DNA of 49,414 nucleotides from a virus (Duplodnaviria; Heunggongvirae; Uroviricota; Caudoviricetes): IMG/VR virus record IMGVR_UViG_3300027631_000003; one strand, 5' to 3'. Shown piece by piece: positions 1 to 8,602 of this stretch (position 1 is its first letter; each line of letters starts with the position of its first letter). The notes under the pieces were generated by a model. It saw only the letters and a program-made list of their open reading frames with translations, ran no database searches and was not told where the DNA came from. The position numbers and the translations under genes were made by a program.

Positions 1-136
1 GTCCTACACGTTTAGCTGGGGTATAATATGTAACTTGTTTTGTACCCGGCTGAGTATATCTAATTTGGTTTATTTCAATACGATAAGCTGAACAACTGCT
101 TAGTAATAATGTTCCTAATATTAGTAATTTTTTCAT
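1..136 (-). CDS. small lipoprotein, 3'-truncated by window edge
   Basis: Manual translation MKKLLILGTLLLSSC-SAYRIEINQ...; lipobox LSSC; start abuts stop of the upstream gene. Confidence 0.6.
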   Translation of the reverse strand, partial: MKKLLILGTLLLSSCSAYRIEINQIRYTQPGTKQVTYYTPAKRVG

Positions 137-771
137 TATACAAATCGTTTTATGTGATGATCAAATTCAAATCCTGATTTAATCGGTTGATTACCCATTA
201 ATCGTTTAATGTCTGATGTGTGTAGTGGATTTAATCCATTCCCATCTACACCTACATCCATTGTTTTACCTTTACCAATGCGGCGATCAGCAGATAAGTG
301 AACGTGTCCGTGTAAGTGGATAACACCATCATTCATTTTATTCCAAGATATAATTGGGTAGTGCATTAATACATAGTTTTGCTCCCAATCTTTACCTTTA
401 ACTTCTAACTCTAAGTACTGATTAACTGAAGTAAATAATCGTCTAATACCTTCACGATCGCGTTCGATGTGATGATCGTGATTACCTAAGATAATATGTA
501 TGTTTCTACAATTAATACGATTGCGAAACTGTTCAATCATTTCAAATCCACCGAACGACCAATCACCTAAGTGAAATAGTATATCGTCTTGTCCAACTGC
601 TGAATTAATTCCATTTACAATTCTATCATTCATTTGATCTAATGTATCAAAATCACGAGTGAATCCATCAGCATTACTCCACCTTGTAGTACCACGACAT
701 ATGTTTGTATGCATGTAGTGGGTATCTGAAGTAAAGAATAATTGTTGTGTTGGTTCTAATTTAATTTTCAT
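136..771 (-). CDS. calcineurin-like metallophosphoesterase
   Basis: Motifs SDTH, HLGD, GNHD, HYP, LHGHVH. Confidence 0.9.
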   Translation of the reverse strand: MKIKLEPTQQLFFTSDTHYMHTNICRGTTRWSNADGFTRDFDTLDQMNDRIVNGINSAVGQDDILFHLGDWSFGGFEMIEQFRNRINCRNIHIILGNHDHHIERDREGIRRLFTSVNQYLELEVKGKDWEQNYVLMHYPIISWNKMNDGVIHLHGHVHLSADRRIGKGKTMDVGVDGNGLNPLHTSDIKRLMGNQPIKSGFEFDHHIKRFV

Positions 772-926
772 CCAATTTGATTTTTATCATCTTCGTCAAA
801 TCCAAATAAGTCATTACCTGTATAATCAGGGTGGTTCTTATCCATGTAGTCAAATCCACGTATCCATAACCAAATAAGTGGTGATGCTGTTAATACTATT
901 AATCCAAATAGTGCTAAGAATTCCAT
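768..926 (-). CDS. small membrane protein (52 aa)
   Basis: Manual translation MEFLALFGLIVLTASPLIWLWIRGFDY...; ATGA overlap with next gene. Confidence 0.6.
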   Translation of the reverse strand: MEFLALFGLIVLTASPLIWLWIRGFDYMDKNHPDYTGNDLFGFDEDDKNQIG

Positions 927-1093
927 ACTTCAAATGATGTTTTTGATTTATTCTGCTTTAATTCAGTTAAATTATATTTACGCATGTATTCTTGTTTTTG
1001 GCGAGCATAATATGCTTTTAATTCTTTATCAATATTATCGTCCCATCCTATAGGAGTGGATTGGATATTGAATATATCCTTTTTAGCTGTCAT
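914..1093 (-). CDS. hypothetical protein (59 aa)
   Basis: Manual translation MTAKKDIFNIQSTPIGWDD...; directly downstream of promoter motif at 1113-1129. Confidence 0.55.
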   Translation of the reverse strand: MTAKKDIFNIQSTPIGWDDNIDKELKAYYARQKQEYMRKYNLTELKQNKSKTSFEVWNS

Positions 1094-1112
1094 AACATTT
1101 GTTTTTATATTT

Positions 1113-1129
1113 TAAAGATAATAAGGAAA
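1113..1129 (-). promoter_or_regulatory. class A phage promoter motif TTTCCTTATTATCTTTA
   Basis: Identical 17-mer at 1984-2000 and 8834-8850, with variants at 10 more gene-upstream sites. Confidence 0.75.
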
Positions 1130-1148
1130 AGGGGCCGAAGCCCCCTTT
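1127..1148 (-). terminator. intrinsic terminator GGGGC-TTCG-GCCCC-TTTT
   Basis: GC stem, UUCG tetraloop and U tract right after the stop of the DUF932 gene. Confidence 0.85.
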
Positions 1149-1151
1149 CTA

Positions 1152-1955
1152 TTAAGCTACTTCAGCGTATTCGCTTACATACTGATCGGCTAGCTCCCAC
1201 AATTCGGAATTGAATTCGATATTCTGTGTGAAGTTCTTCAACGCTCTTGCTTTGCGTGTTTTACCTTTTTCATTTTGGTAATTAAATCCACCACCAACTA
1301 GCTTCTCCTGAACGCGGTTCAGAATTGCCCACATTGACATACCAGCATCTTCTTTACGTTCAACTAATAGTAATTGATCGGTATTAATTTCTTTCAAATT
1401 ATCTCCAAAACGTAATTGAGCTGCTTTAGCAGCAAACGCATTAGCCATTTCATCTGAAATAGTTACATCGTTGAATTTATTAATACGACCTACTACATCA
1501 GGTAATTTTTCTACCATTTTATGAATTAATGCACGTAACGCTTCAAAATCATAACCTTGATGGCGAATCTTTAATGTGCCCATATCTTGGTCTTTAATAA
1601 CTAAACCATTTTCACACACTAAACGGAATATACCTACCTCAAATCGGAATGTAGACGATCCATCGTGTGAATTGGTTAATAAAATTTCAATATATGAATC
1701 GACATTACCATCTGCATCAGCCATATACACACCCTCATTACGGAATTTAACTAAGTGCTTTTTAATTGCTGAATTACCACCCTTACGGGCCTTAACACCA
1801 ATTGCTTGAACTGGTTCCCATCCTAATTTCCTCATGTCTTCAACTACCTGAATAGTAGGAATCTGAGTGTAGTGATCTGATAAACCGGCCTTGTGCTCGG
1901 TTGACATAACTGCGGGTGCGATCGCTTGGATCTGCTCGTTTGATAAAATGTTCAT
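1152..1955 (-). CDS. DUF932/DUF945 family protein
   Basis: Motifs LSDHYTQIPT, EILLTNSHDGSS, GIFRLVCENGL. Confidence 0.85.
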   Translation of the reverse strand: MNILSNEQIQAIAPAVMSTEHKAGLSDHYTQIPTIQVVEDMRKLGWEPVQAIGVKARKGGNSAIKKHLVKFRNEGVYMADADGNVDSYIEILLTNSHDGSSTFRFEVGIFRLVCENGLVIKDQDMGTLKIRHQGYDFEALRALIHKMVEKLPDVVGRINKFNDVTISDEMANAFAAKAAQLRFGDNLKEINTDQLLLVERKEDAGMSMWAILNRVQEKLVGGGFNYQNEKGKTRKARALKNFTQNIEFNSELWELADQYVSEYAEVA

Positions 1956-1983
1956 ATTATGTTTATTTATTTGTTTTACAAAT

Positions 1984-2000
1984 TAAAGATAATAAGGAAA
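1984..2000 (-). promoter_or_regulatory. class A promoter motif
   Basis: TTTCCTTATTATCTTTA about 28 nt upstream of ATG 1955. Confidence 0.75.
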
Positions 2001-2011
2001 TTCTCGCTTTC

Positions 2012-2233
2012 CTAGAATTTATAAGTAGTTTCTTCTTCAATCATATCTTCATCTCTTGATGGATTAATCGGCTTTGAGTAAGTGTAAGGTACGATTGTGT
2101 ATCCTAATGTTTCAAGCATTGCTCTCAAGTTTGTTACTTTTGGATATGCCATTTTTTCTAATTCAGAGCCGATACCTTTAAGTAAAAGCATCTCTTTGTA
2201 ATCACGTGTTGTTTTTTTGTTTGTACTCTCCAT
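2012..2233 (-). CDS. hypothetical protein
   Basis: 73 aa ORF preceded by promoter variant at 2272-2288. Confidence 0.6.
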   Translation of the reverse strand: MESTNKKTTRDYKEMLLLKGIGSELEKMAYPKVTNLRAMLETLGYTIVPYTYSKPINPSRDEDMIEEETTYKF

Positions 2234-2290
2234 TTTGTTTGTTTTTTAAATTGAAAATTTATTTTATAATGTAAATGTAATTAAGAAAAT

Positions 2291-2911
2291 TTAAATCGAT
2301 CTATATGCTTGACTAATTCGTTTAGCGACTAGTTCTTTATAATCATCAGCAGCGGCTATAAACTCACCACGTGACGAATTCCATAATATTAATTCAGCTT
2401 TACGTCTGCGTATTAATCCTTTACGAACACGCCCACCTGCTAATTTATATTGGGATAGGTATGGTTCAATATCACGTCCACGTTTGATTGCTTTACCTAA
2501 TCCATCAGTGGTGAAACGCATTCCGATGTTGTAGGCAATCATTGATGTTAATATAATCTTTTTACGTGATTTTAATTCTGGAAAACGACGTTTAACGTCT
2601 TTAATGAATTTAGCATAATCCTTATCAAATAATTCATCTGCTTGCTTAACTGAAATGCCGTTACGATATAAACGACGTTCCTTTCTGGTCATGACGTGAC
2701 CCCACCCAATGGTCCATTTACCGCCTGGGCATTTATACGGTTTTAATTTTAATGATTCTTCTGATTTGATAAATAAAGCAGCTGTGTTGTAGAGTTTGTC
2801 GTCTGATGTGTCTACTGCTTCGATAATTGGGGGTTCGATTTTGGGTTTGTGTTTGTCATTGTAACCTACCCACAATGCGGCTAGCATAGCCGTTATGACT
2901 ATTTTCTTCAT
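2291..2911 (-). CDS. GH24 phage lysozyme with N-terminal hydrophobic anchor (SAR-like)
   Basis: E-x8-C-x5-T triad in EESLKLKPYKCPGGKWTIGWGH; YNIG; GLIRRRKAE. Confidence 0.85.
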   Translation of the reverse strand: MKKIVITAMLAALWVGYNDKHKPKIEPPIIEAVDTSDDKLYNTAALFIKSEESLKLKPYKCPGGKWTIGWGHVMTRKERRLYRNGISVKQADELFDKDYAKFIKDVKRRFPELKSRKKIILTSMIAYNIGMRFTTDGLGKAIKRGRDIEPYLSQYKLAGGRVRKGLIRRRKAELILWNSSRGEFIAAADDYKELVAKRISQAYRSI

Positions 2912-2945
2912 AAGTAATGTTGGTTAAATTGTTAAACTTATAATC

Positions 2946-2962
2946 TAAAGTTAATTAAGAAA
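2946..2962 (-). promoter_or_regulatory. class A promoter motif variant
   Basis: TTTCTTAATTAACTTTA upstream of lysozyme. Confidence 0.65.
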
Positions 2963-2980
2963 GTTGTACTTTCAAAATTG

Positions 2981-3107
2981 CAATCAGGACAGGATTCGAA
3001 CCTATATCATTAAATGATTTACTGCTAAAATAGACTTACTACATTTAATCGTGTTACCTTATTAGCTGTAAGACTATATTAGTCTCCAGCCGTTACACCA
3101 CCTGACT
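2981..3107 (-). ncRNA. tRNA-like RNA 1 (127 nt) with hairpin inserted in D-loop and no canonical anticodon loop
   Basis: Acceptor AGTCAGG/CCTGATT, T-arm ATAGG-TTCGAAT-CCTGT, D-stem GTGT/ACAC, 8-bp ATTAAATG/CATTTAAT stem, G discriminator. Confidence 0.7.
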
Positions 3108-3117
3108 GTAATAATTT

Positions 3118-3220
3118 CGGAGCTACGGGATTTTCACCCTCAATGTCTCTTTTCTACTTTGGCCTAAAGTAGTGAGTGCAATCGCGTATTTCGACACTCC
3201 TAACTTGGGTTAATAACTCC
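3118..3220 (-). ncRNA. tRNA-like RNA 2 (103 nt)
   Basis: Closing stem GGAGTTA/TAGCTCC plus G; T-loop-like GGG-TGAAAAT-CCC; internal hairpins GAGTG/CACTC and CTACTTT/AAAGTAG. Confidence 0.5.
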
Positions 3221-3231
3221 CAAATATATCT

Positions 3232-3300
3232 TTATGGCTCGTCATCGAATTCGGGATATCCATAACCACTTTCAATCCATTCTTCTAATTCTAATTTCAT
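3232..3300 (-). CDS. 22-aa acidic micropeptide MKLELEEWIESGYGYPEFDDEP
   Basis: ATG 22 nt downstream of promoter motif 3323-3339. Confidence 0.4.
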   Translation of the reverse strand: MKLELEEWIESGYGYPEFDDEP

Positions 3301-3322
3301 GGTATTATCTTTTAGTACGTAG

Positions 3323-3339
3323 TAAAGATAATAAAGAAA
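3323..3339 (-). promoter_or_regulatory. class A promoter motif upstream of micropeptide and tRNA-like RNAs
   Basis: TTTCTTTATTATCTTTA. Confidence 0.7.
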
Positions 3340-3349
3340 TTTTAAATTA

Positions 3350-4552
3350 CTAATTTCCTTTTGTAGGGAATTTAGTCCAACCATTAGTCCAAGTTGGTTT
3401 TGCTAAAGTTTCAATTTCAGTTGCAGTTAAAGTTATTTCAGTATTACCTTCACTTAATGCTTTCGTTTTAACCAAATCAGATGTTATAATAGTAGTTGCT
3501 TTACTAATGAAGTTTAATCCATTAAATGAACCTATTTTATTATTCTGAAATTTACTTATACCATCTTTGTAGAATTGTGCTGTCTCATTACTTTCCATAC
3601 TAAATCCACCTTTCATATATCCAATGATTGTAGAGTTATATACTTCAAATTGAGTTGCTCTTCTCCAACGCATTGCTAAATTATGATTAGTTAAAGCAAT
3701 AGCATCGTTTGGTCCAATTAAAATGATACCATCTAAAATAGGATGTGTAAATGGTTCTGCTGTTGAACCTGTTCCATCATTATCACATTCTACACCATTA
3801 CCCGCATCACCATTATCTACAAATTGTGGGTCTCTCTTTGATACTGAATTAGATACTTTACCTCTATATCCAAAATCAAAATCATAATCATCATCAGCAG
3901 TTCCGTATGCATATAAGTTTTTTGCATTTATAGTTCCACCAAAGAATTCAAATGCATCATCATTTGCATAGATTGTCTGTACATTTTCAATTGTTGTTCC
4001 ACTACCAACACCACCTAATGTTAATGCATTTATTTCTGAGTTAGGCATTGCTGCAATACCAGCGTATTCAATACGAACATACTTTAAGATACCACTATTA
4101 TCTAAATCGTTAGTACCACCATAAGGTCTTCCGATACCACCTTCGATAGTTGGTTCTGCCGTTCTATTGGTTTTTGCTCTACCCAATATTACAATACCAC
4201 CCCAATCACCTGGTATTCTTTCACCTGCAGGTCTGCCTGATGTGAATATAATTGGCTTTGCCGCAGTACCTTCTGCTATAATTTGTGCTCCTCTTTCAAT
4301 ACACAATGCACCTTTCTCACTAATATCCGATTTGATAATTGTACCAGGTTGAATGATAAGTTTGGCACCATCAGTTACATAAACATATCCTTTTAATGTC
4401 CATTCTTTATCCGATGTAAGAGTTGTAGTTGCGGTAATGTTACCAGTCAAAGTTGTTGATGTTGGTACATTTAAAGGTGCTATATCTCCACCTAAATCCT
4501 TTGAACATGCAAACATTGTTAAACTTGCGAATAATACTAATAGTTTTTTCAT
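3350..4552 (-). CDS. surface lipoprotein, parallel beta-helix, partner of TonB receptor
   Basis: Lipobox MFAC; GDWGGIVILG, NSGILKYVRIEYAG, DDAFEFFGG repeats; 4-nt overlap with receptor gene. Confidence 0.8.
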   Translation of the reverse strand: MKKLLVLFASLTMFACSKDLGGDIAPLNVPTSTTLTGNITATTTLTSDKEWTLKGYVYVTDGAKLIIQPGTIIKSDISEKGALCIERGAQIIAEGTAAKPIIFTSGRPAGERIPGDWGGIVILGRAKTNRTAEPTIEGGIGRPYGGTNDLDNSGILKYVRIEYAGIAAMPNSEINALTLGGVGSGTTIENVQTIYANDDAFEFFGGTINAKNLYAYGTADDDYDFDFGYRGKVSNSVSKRDPQFVDNGDAGNGVECDNDGTGSTAEPFTHPILDGIILIGPNDAIALTNHNLAMRWRRATQFEVYNSTIIGYMKGGFSMESNETAQFYKDGISKFQNNKIGSFNGLNFISKATTIITSDLVKTKALSEGNTEITLTATEIETLAKPTWTNGWTKFPTKGN

Positions 4553-7038
4553 AGGTTGTAGTTTAGTGTTAATGAAATTGTAGTTTCATTATTGGTTTTA
4601 ATTAAGGTACGATTTGGTTTTTGGTAATATTCAAATGGTTGTCTAAATATATCTGATACTGCTAATTTAATTTCTCCGTTTTTAATTTTACGAAGAATAA
4701 CAATATCAACTACATCACGAGAGTTTTCAAATATATCAGGGTATCCTTGAAATCCTACCGCTGATATTCTATCTCCAACTCTATTGTATGATATGTTGAA
4801 TGTATTGTTGTTTTTATGTAAGTTCAATCCACCATTTAGTACATAGTTTGATTGTCCTTGCAATTGTCTTTTAATCCCGTTTATATCAACTTCCGAATTG
4901 ATGAATGATGTGTTTGAATATAAATCTAACCAATCATTTAATTTTTTACGAAGTTCAATCTCAACTCCATATACCAATGCCTCATTTGGATTTTTATATG
5001 TTAGTAATAGATTTGATGGAACTGAACCATCTGCTACAACTTGCTCAATTGGATTGAAGAACTTTTTACCAAAGAAACCGATTGATATGTTCTCACCTGA
5101 TTTAGGATACAACTCAAACTTTATATCTGAATTGAATATATCCGTTTTTTGTAAGTTTGGATTTCCTAATAGTTGTGCGTTTCTAACAAAATCATAATAT
5201 GCAAAATTAGCTACCTCTCTAAACTCTGGTCTTGCTAATGTTTTACTTACGGATAATCTAACCTTTGTTTTTTCCGATGTAGAATAGGTTGCGTTTAATG
5301 ATGGTAGTAAATCCAAATACTCTCTATCTACTGAAATCCTCTGTCCACCAAAATCAGATGTTTGAACTTTAAATAAATTGTATTCCGTTCTAAAACCTGT
5401 GTTTAATTTTAGGTTATCAATTTCTTTTTCATACATTACATATCCGTTTGCCAAATCAAAATCGGCAGTATATCTATCGGTGTTGTTTGTAATTTCATTT
5501 AATAAATCAGTTGATTCGTATCTGAATATTCTTGCTTTGAAGTTTCTAAATTTCTTCAAGTAACCCACTCCTAAACGAACATCTCCTATGGATTTGTTCA
5601 ATCCCCCATTGAATGAGTTTTCATCCATTACACTCCAAAAACGATACGTGTCTCTCCATGCTATTGAGTAAGGAGTTGTTGTATATAAAGATGATATGTA
5701 AGGTGTTACTCTATAATCGGGCTGGTCTCTTAACATAAGATTGTATCCTAAATTAAAATCAAATGTTTTAAACTTACCTTCGAATTGTGTATTGAATACT
5801 AACTTTTGAATTGAGTTGGATGATTTACTATCTACATACTGAACATTATCATAGTTTTCACCAACTCTACTTAAAAATGATTTTTCGTTTTGGTAGTTAG
5901 CAAGTGTTTTCCAACTATAACGATTCTCTCCCAAATACACTATGTTTAATAATCCGTTTAATGATTGTACATTTGAGTAATTTAGGTCTTTATAGTTGTA
6001 TGCTAATTCGGTAGATGATTGGTAATCTATTCTTTCAGTTGTATTAGCAGAGTATGTGTTTCTTGCAGTTGAACTGAATAAGATGTTCCATTTGTTTTTC
6101 ACAACACCAAATGATAAGTTACCATTTAAGTTTGGAATAGATGTTGATGTTTTGGTTTGTGGTGAACCTATTAGTTTAGTGTATGCTCTCCTATCACCTA
6201 ATCCAGCAATTCTATATGTGTTTGTTGATGGGAATAATGTTGGGAATTGTATAGGGTCTACCAACCTAAAATCCTGTCCTGTTGATAATGAACCCCAGCT
6301 TCCTCCCAATGATATATTAAAGAAATCACCACTAACTTCTTTTGTTGTTATTTGTACTAAACCTCCTGCGAAATCACCCGGTAGATTTGCTGATGCTCCT
6401 TTGTTGATGATGATATTATCTATTAGTGATGTTGGGATAATATCAAATGAAAATGCTCTTCTATCGGGTTCGGTTGATGGTAAGATTGATTTGTTTAGTA
6501 GAGCCGAGTTATATCTATCAGCTAAACCTCTAACTAAAACAAACTTATCGTTTTGGATTGTTACACCACTAACTCTTTTAAGTGCATCCCCAACAGTTCT
6601 ATCTGGTGTTTTCTTTATTGATTCAATTGATAAACCATCTGCTACAATGTAAGATGCTTTAAGTGTATTGATAAGTGCAGTTGCAGTTTCTTTCTTTGCT
6701 ACTTGCTTTACCACAACTTCTTGCAATACTTTCGTATCTTCTTCTAACTGAATATCAAAGTTAGTTGTAGTATCAATTTTTATGGATTTGTTGTATTCTT
6801 TATGTCCAACAAATGATGCTTTTATAGAATAGTTACCAATAGGTACATTACTAAAGATGTATTTTGATTCTACATCAGAAGTTGTACCTATCTTTTTATT
6901 TGTGTCTTTATTTGTTAACCAAACGGTTACACCTATAAGTTCTTCTTTGTTTGATTTTACTTTACCTGATAAGGTATGCTGTGCTTGAAGGGTAAATAAA
7001 CTAAAATAACTAATTAAAAATATACTTAATAACTTCAT
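4549..7038 (-). CDS. TonB-dependent outer membrane receptor (Bacteroidota type, N-terminal carboxypeptidase-regulatory-like domain)
   Basis: Signal peptide; plug motifs DALKRVSGVT, VRGLADRYN, FAGGLVQITTK; barrel motifs LLPSLN, ARPEFRE, GNPNL, YGVEIE. Confidence 0.9.
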   Translation of the reverse strand: MKLLSIFLISYFSLFTLQAQHTLSGKVKSNKEELIGVTVWLTNKDTNKKIGTTSDVESKYIFSNVPIGNYSIKASFVGHKEYNKSIKIDTTTNFDIQLEEDTKVLQEVVVKQVAKKETATALINTLKASYIVADGLSIESIKKTPDRTVGDALKRVSGVTIQNDKFVLVRGLADRYNSALLNKSILPSTEPDRRAFSFDIIPTSLIDNIIINKGASANLPGDFAGGLVQITTKEVSGDFFNISLGGSWGSLSTGQDFRLVDPIQFPTLFPSTNTYRIAGLGDRRAYTKLIGSPQTKTSTSIPNLNGNLSFGVVKNKWNILFSSTARNTYSANTTERIDYQSSTELAYNYKDLNYSNVQSLNGLLNIVYLGENRYSWKTLANYQNEKSFLSRVGENYDNVQYVDSKSSNSIQKLVFNTQFEGKFKTFDFNLGYNLMLRDQPDYRVTPYISSLYTTTPYSIAWRDTYRFWSVMDENSFNGGLNKSIGDVRLGVGYLKKFRNFKARIFRYESTDLLNEITNNTDRYTADFDLANGYVMYEKEIDNLKLNTGFRTEYNLFKVQTSDFGGQRISVDREYLDLLPSLNATYSTSEKTKVRLSVSKTLARPEFREVANFAYYDFVRNAQLLGNPNLQKTDIFNSDIKFELYPKSGENISIGFFGKKFFNPIEQVVADGSVPSNLLLTYKNPNEALVYGVEIELRKKLNDWLDLYSNTSFINSEVDINGIKRQLQGQSNYVLNGGLNLHKNNNTFNISYNRVGDRISAVGFQGYPDIFENSRDVVDIVILRKIKNGEIKLAVSDIFRQPFEYYQKPNRTLIKTNNETTISLTLNYNL

Positions 7039-7066
7039 CTATATTGGGTTTTAAATCCATGTATAG

Positions 7067-7117
7067 ATATTAAAGAACATATTACTAAAAAACGTTTAAT
7101 ATTACTGTTATATTACT
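7067..7117 (-). promoter_or_regulatory. direct-repeat operator, Pho-box/OmpR-like
   Basis: AGTAATAT (minus strand) at 7110-7117, 7099-7106 and 7079-7086, plus TAATAT at 7067-7072; pair spacings 11 and 12 nt. Confidence 0.5.
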
Positions 7118-7649
7118 CTACGAGTTTATAAATTTCATCTAAACAACGTCCCTGTTCATCGTAGTCTAATCCAAAACCAATGATAAATTCATCATCAGTT
7201 AATTCCATTCCTACGTAATCAACAACCACATTAGTCTTGTAATTCTTGGGGCGTGTAAATAAAGAACATATTTTAACGCTGTTAACTTGCTTCTCATTAA
7301 TTAGATAGTCTTTTAATTCAACCATTGTTAAGCCTGTCTCAACAATGTCCTCGACTATAATTATATTACGTTTATAGAGGTCGCGAGATATTCCAAGAAC
7401 TTGTTTTACAGTGCCTGTAGATTCAATACCTTCATATGATGACAATCTAACGAATTCTAATTCTGGGCTTAATGGATATAATTGTTCAGCTAGATGCGCT
7501 CCAAATATACCTGCTCCCTTTAATACTATAACTAATACTGGATTATAATTTTGGTCATGTATTATTTCCATTGCTAATGCCTTAATCATAGCATTTAGCT
7601 TTTGTTTTGGTATTAGTGGTTCGAAATGTTTATCTTTTATCTTTAGCAT
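7113..7649 (-). CDS. hpt: hypoxanthine phosphoribosyltransferase
   Basis: VLKGA, LSSY, PRPP motif IIVEDIVETGLT, FIIGFGLDYDE. Confidence 0.9.
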   Translation of the reverse strand: MLKIKDKHFEPLIPKQKLNAMIKALAMEIIHDQNYNPVLVIVLKGAGIFGAHLAEQLYPLSPELEFVRLSSYEGIESTGTVKQVLGISRDLYKRNIIIVEDIVETGLTMVELKDYLINEKQVNSVKICSLFTRPKNYKTNVVVDYVGMELTDDEFIIGFGLDYDEQGRCLDEIYKLVE

Positions 7650-7806
7650 GTTCTCGTTTCAAATCCTCAGCTATTTGCTTAATAATTTCGTCTGGTGTCA
7701 GTACTAATAGAGTATTTAATTTGTATTGTCCTCTATATTTGTCGTATGAAGTAAGTACTTCACGAATTAGGCTCTCCGTTATCGGAGTTTGGATATCGTT
7801 CTGCAT
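7630..7806 (-). CDS. hypothetical protein (58 aa)
   Basis: Manual translation MQNDIQTPITESLIREVL...; fills the gap between neighbours. Confidence 0.45.
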   Translation of the reverse strand: MQNDIQTPITESLIREVLTSYDKYRGQYKLNTLLVLTPDEIIKQIAEDLKREHAKDKR

Positions 7807-7975
7807 AACCTATTGTGTGATGTGTTGTTGTTATTTTATGTCCCATATTGTATGGGTTGTAGTTTATTTCTAATGTCAATGTAGATAATGTGTCGTCCTC
7901 ACATTGCTCATATAAATCAGCAAGTGCTTTAATTAACATTTGACGTTGGGCCGATTTTAGTTCCTGGATGTTCAT
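7760..7975 (-). CDS. hypothetical protein
   Basis: ORF in tightly packed run. Confidence 0.55.
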   Translation of the reverse strand: MNIQELKSAQRQMLIKALADLYEQCEDDTLSTLTLEINYNPYNMGHKITTTHHTIGYAERYPNSDNGEPNS

Positions 7976-7977
7976 AG

Positions 7978-8235
7978 TTAATCTATGAAATCACTGATGT
8001 TGTCATTAGCAAATAAATCTTCTGGGAATTCATCATAATCATCATCATCTAATAAATCGTCGTCAGCCCATATTATTTCCCAGTTTTCATCCTCTAAATC
8101 ATTTAATGGAGTGATAATTTCTTCTAATCCAAAATATTCTAAATCTTCCTCATATGTTTCATTGTAAGCGATATTATCGATATCAACATCAAGTGGGGTT
8201 TTTGGATCGCGTGGTTTAAAGTTCTGTGATTGCAT
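7978..8235 (-). CDS. very acidic small protein
   Basis: About 30 of 85 residues are D/E; 3 basic. Confidence 0.6.
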   Translation of the reverse strand: MQSQNFKPRDPKTPLDVDIDNIAYNETYEEDLEYFGLEEIITPLNDLEDENWEIIWADDDLLDDDDYDEFPEDLFANDNISDFID

Positions 8236-8590
8236 CTACAATTGATTTTTTAAGTTTTTTACGAGTAAATTTAATTGTTGGTACTAATTCTTTTAATTTA
8301 ATAACCTTAGCACAATACTCATATTCTTCTGCTTCTTCTAATGTTGGTAAACAACCATCTAAATTCTCTAAATAATCAGTATCGTCCATTGCTAATGATG
8401 TAGCCATATTCATTCCACCTACAGTAGGAGATAATATAATACATGCAATGACATATTTTACCTTGTATCTACAAGCAAATTCGACCGCTTTAACAGTTTG
8501 TTTAGCAATTTCCAACCTGTATTCAGGTGCTGGTGTGCCAAACTTACCTCCTTTAATTATAAGCGGTTCGAATTCGTCTTGTTCTTTCAT
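8216..8590 (-). CDS. protein with C-terminal UVR-like helical motif
   Basis: LEEAEEYEYCAKVIKLKE. Confidence 0.55.
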   Translation of the reverse strand: MKEQDEFEPLIIKGGKFGTPAPEYRLEIAKQTVKAVEFACRYKVKYVIACIILSPTVGGMNMATSLAMDDTDYLENLDGCLPTLEEAEEYEYCAKVIKLKELVPTIKFTRKKLKKSIVDAITEL

Positions 8591-8602
8591 TACTGATAAA
8601 TA

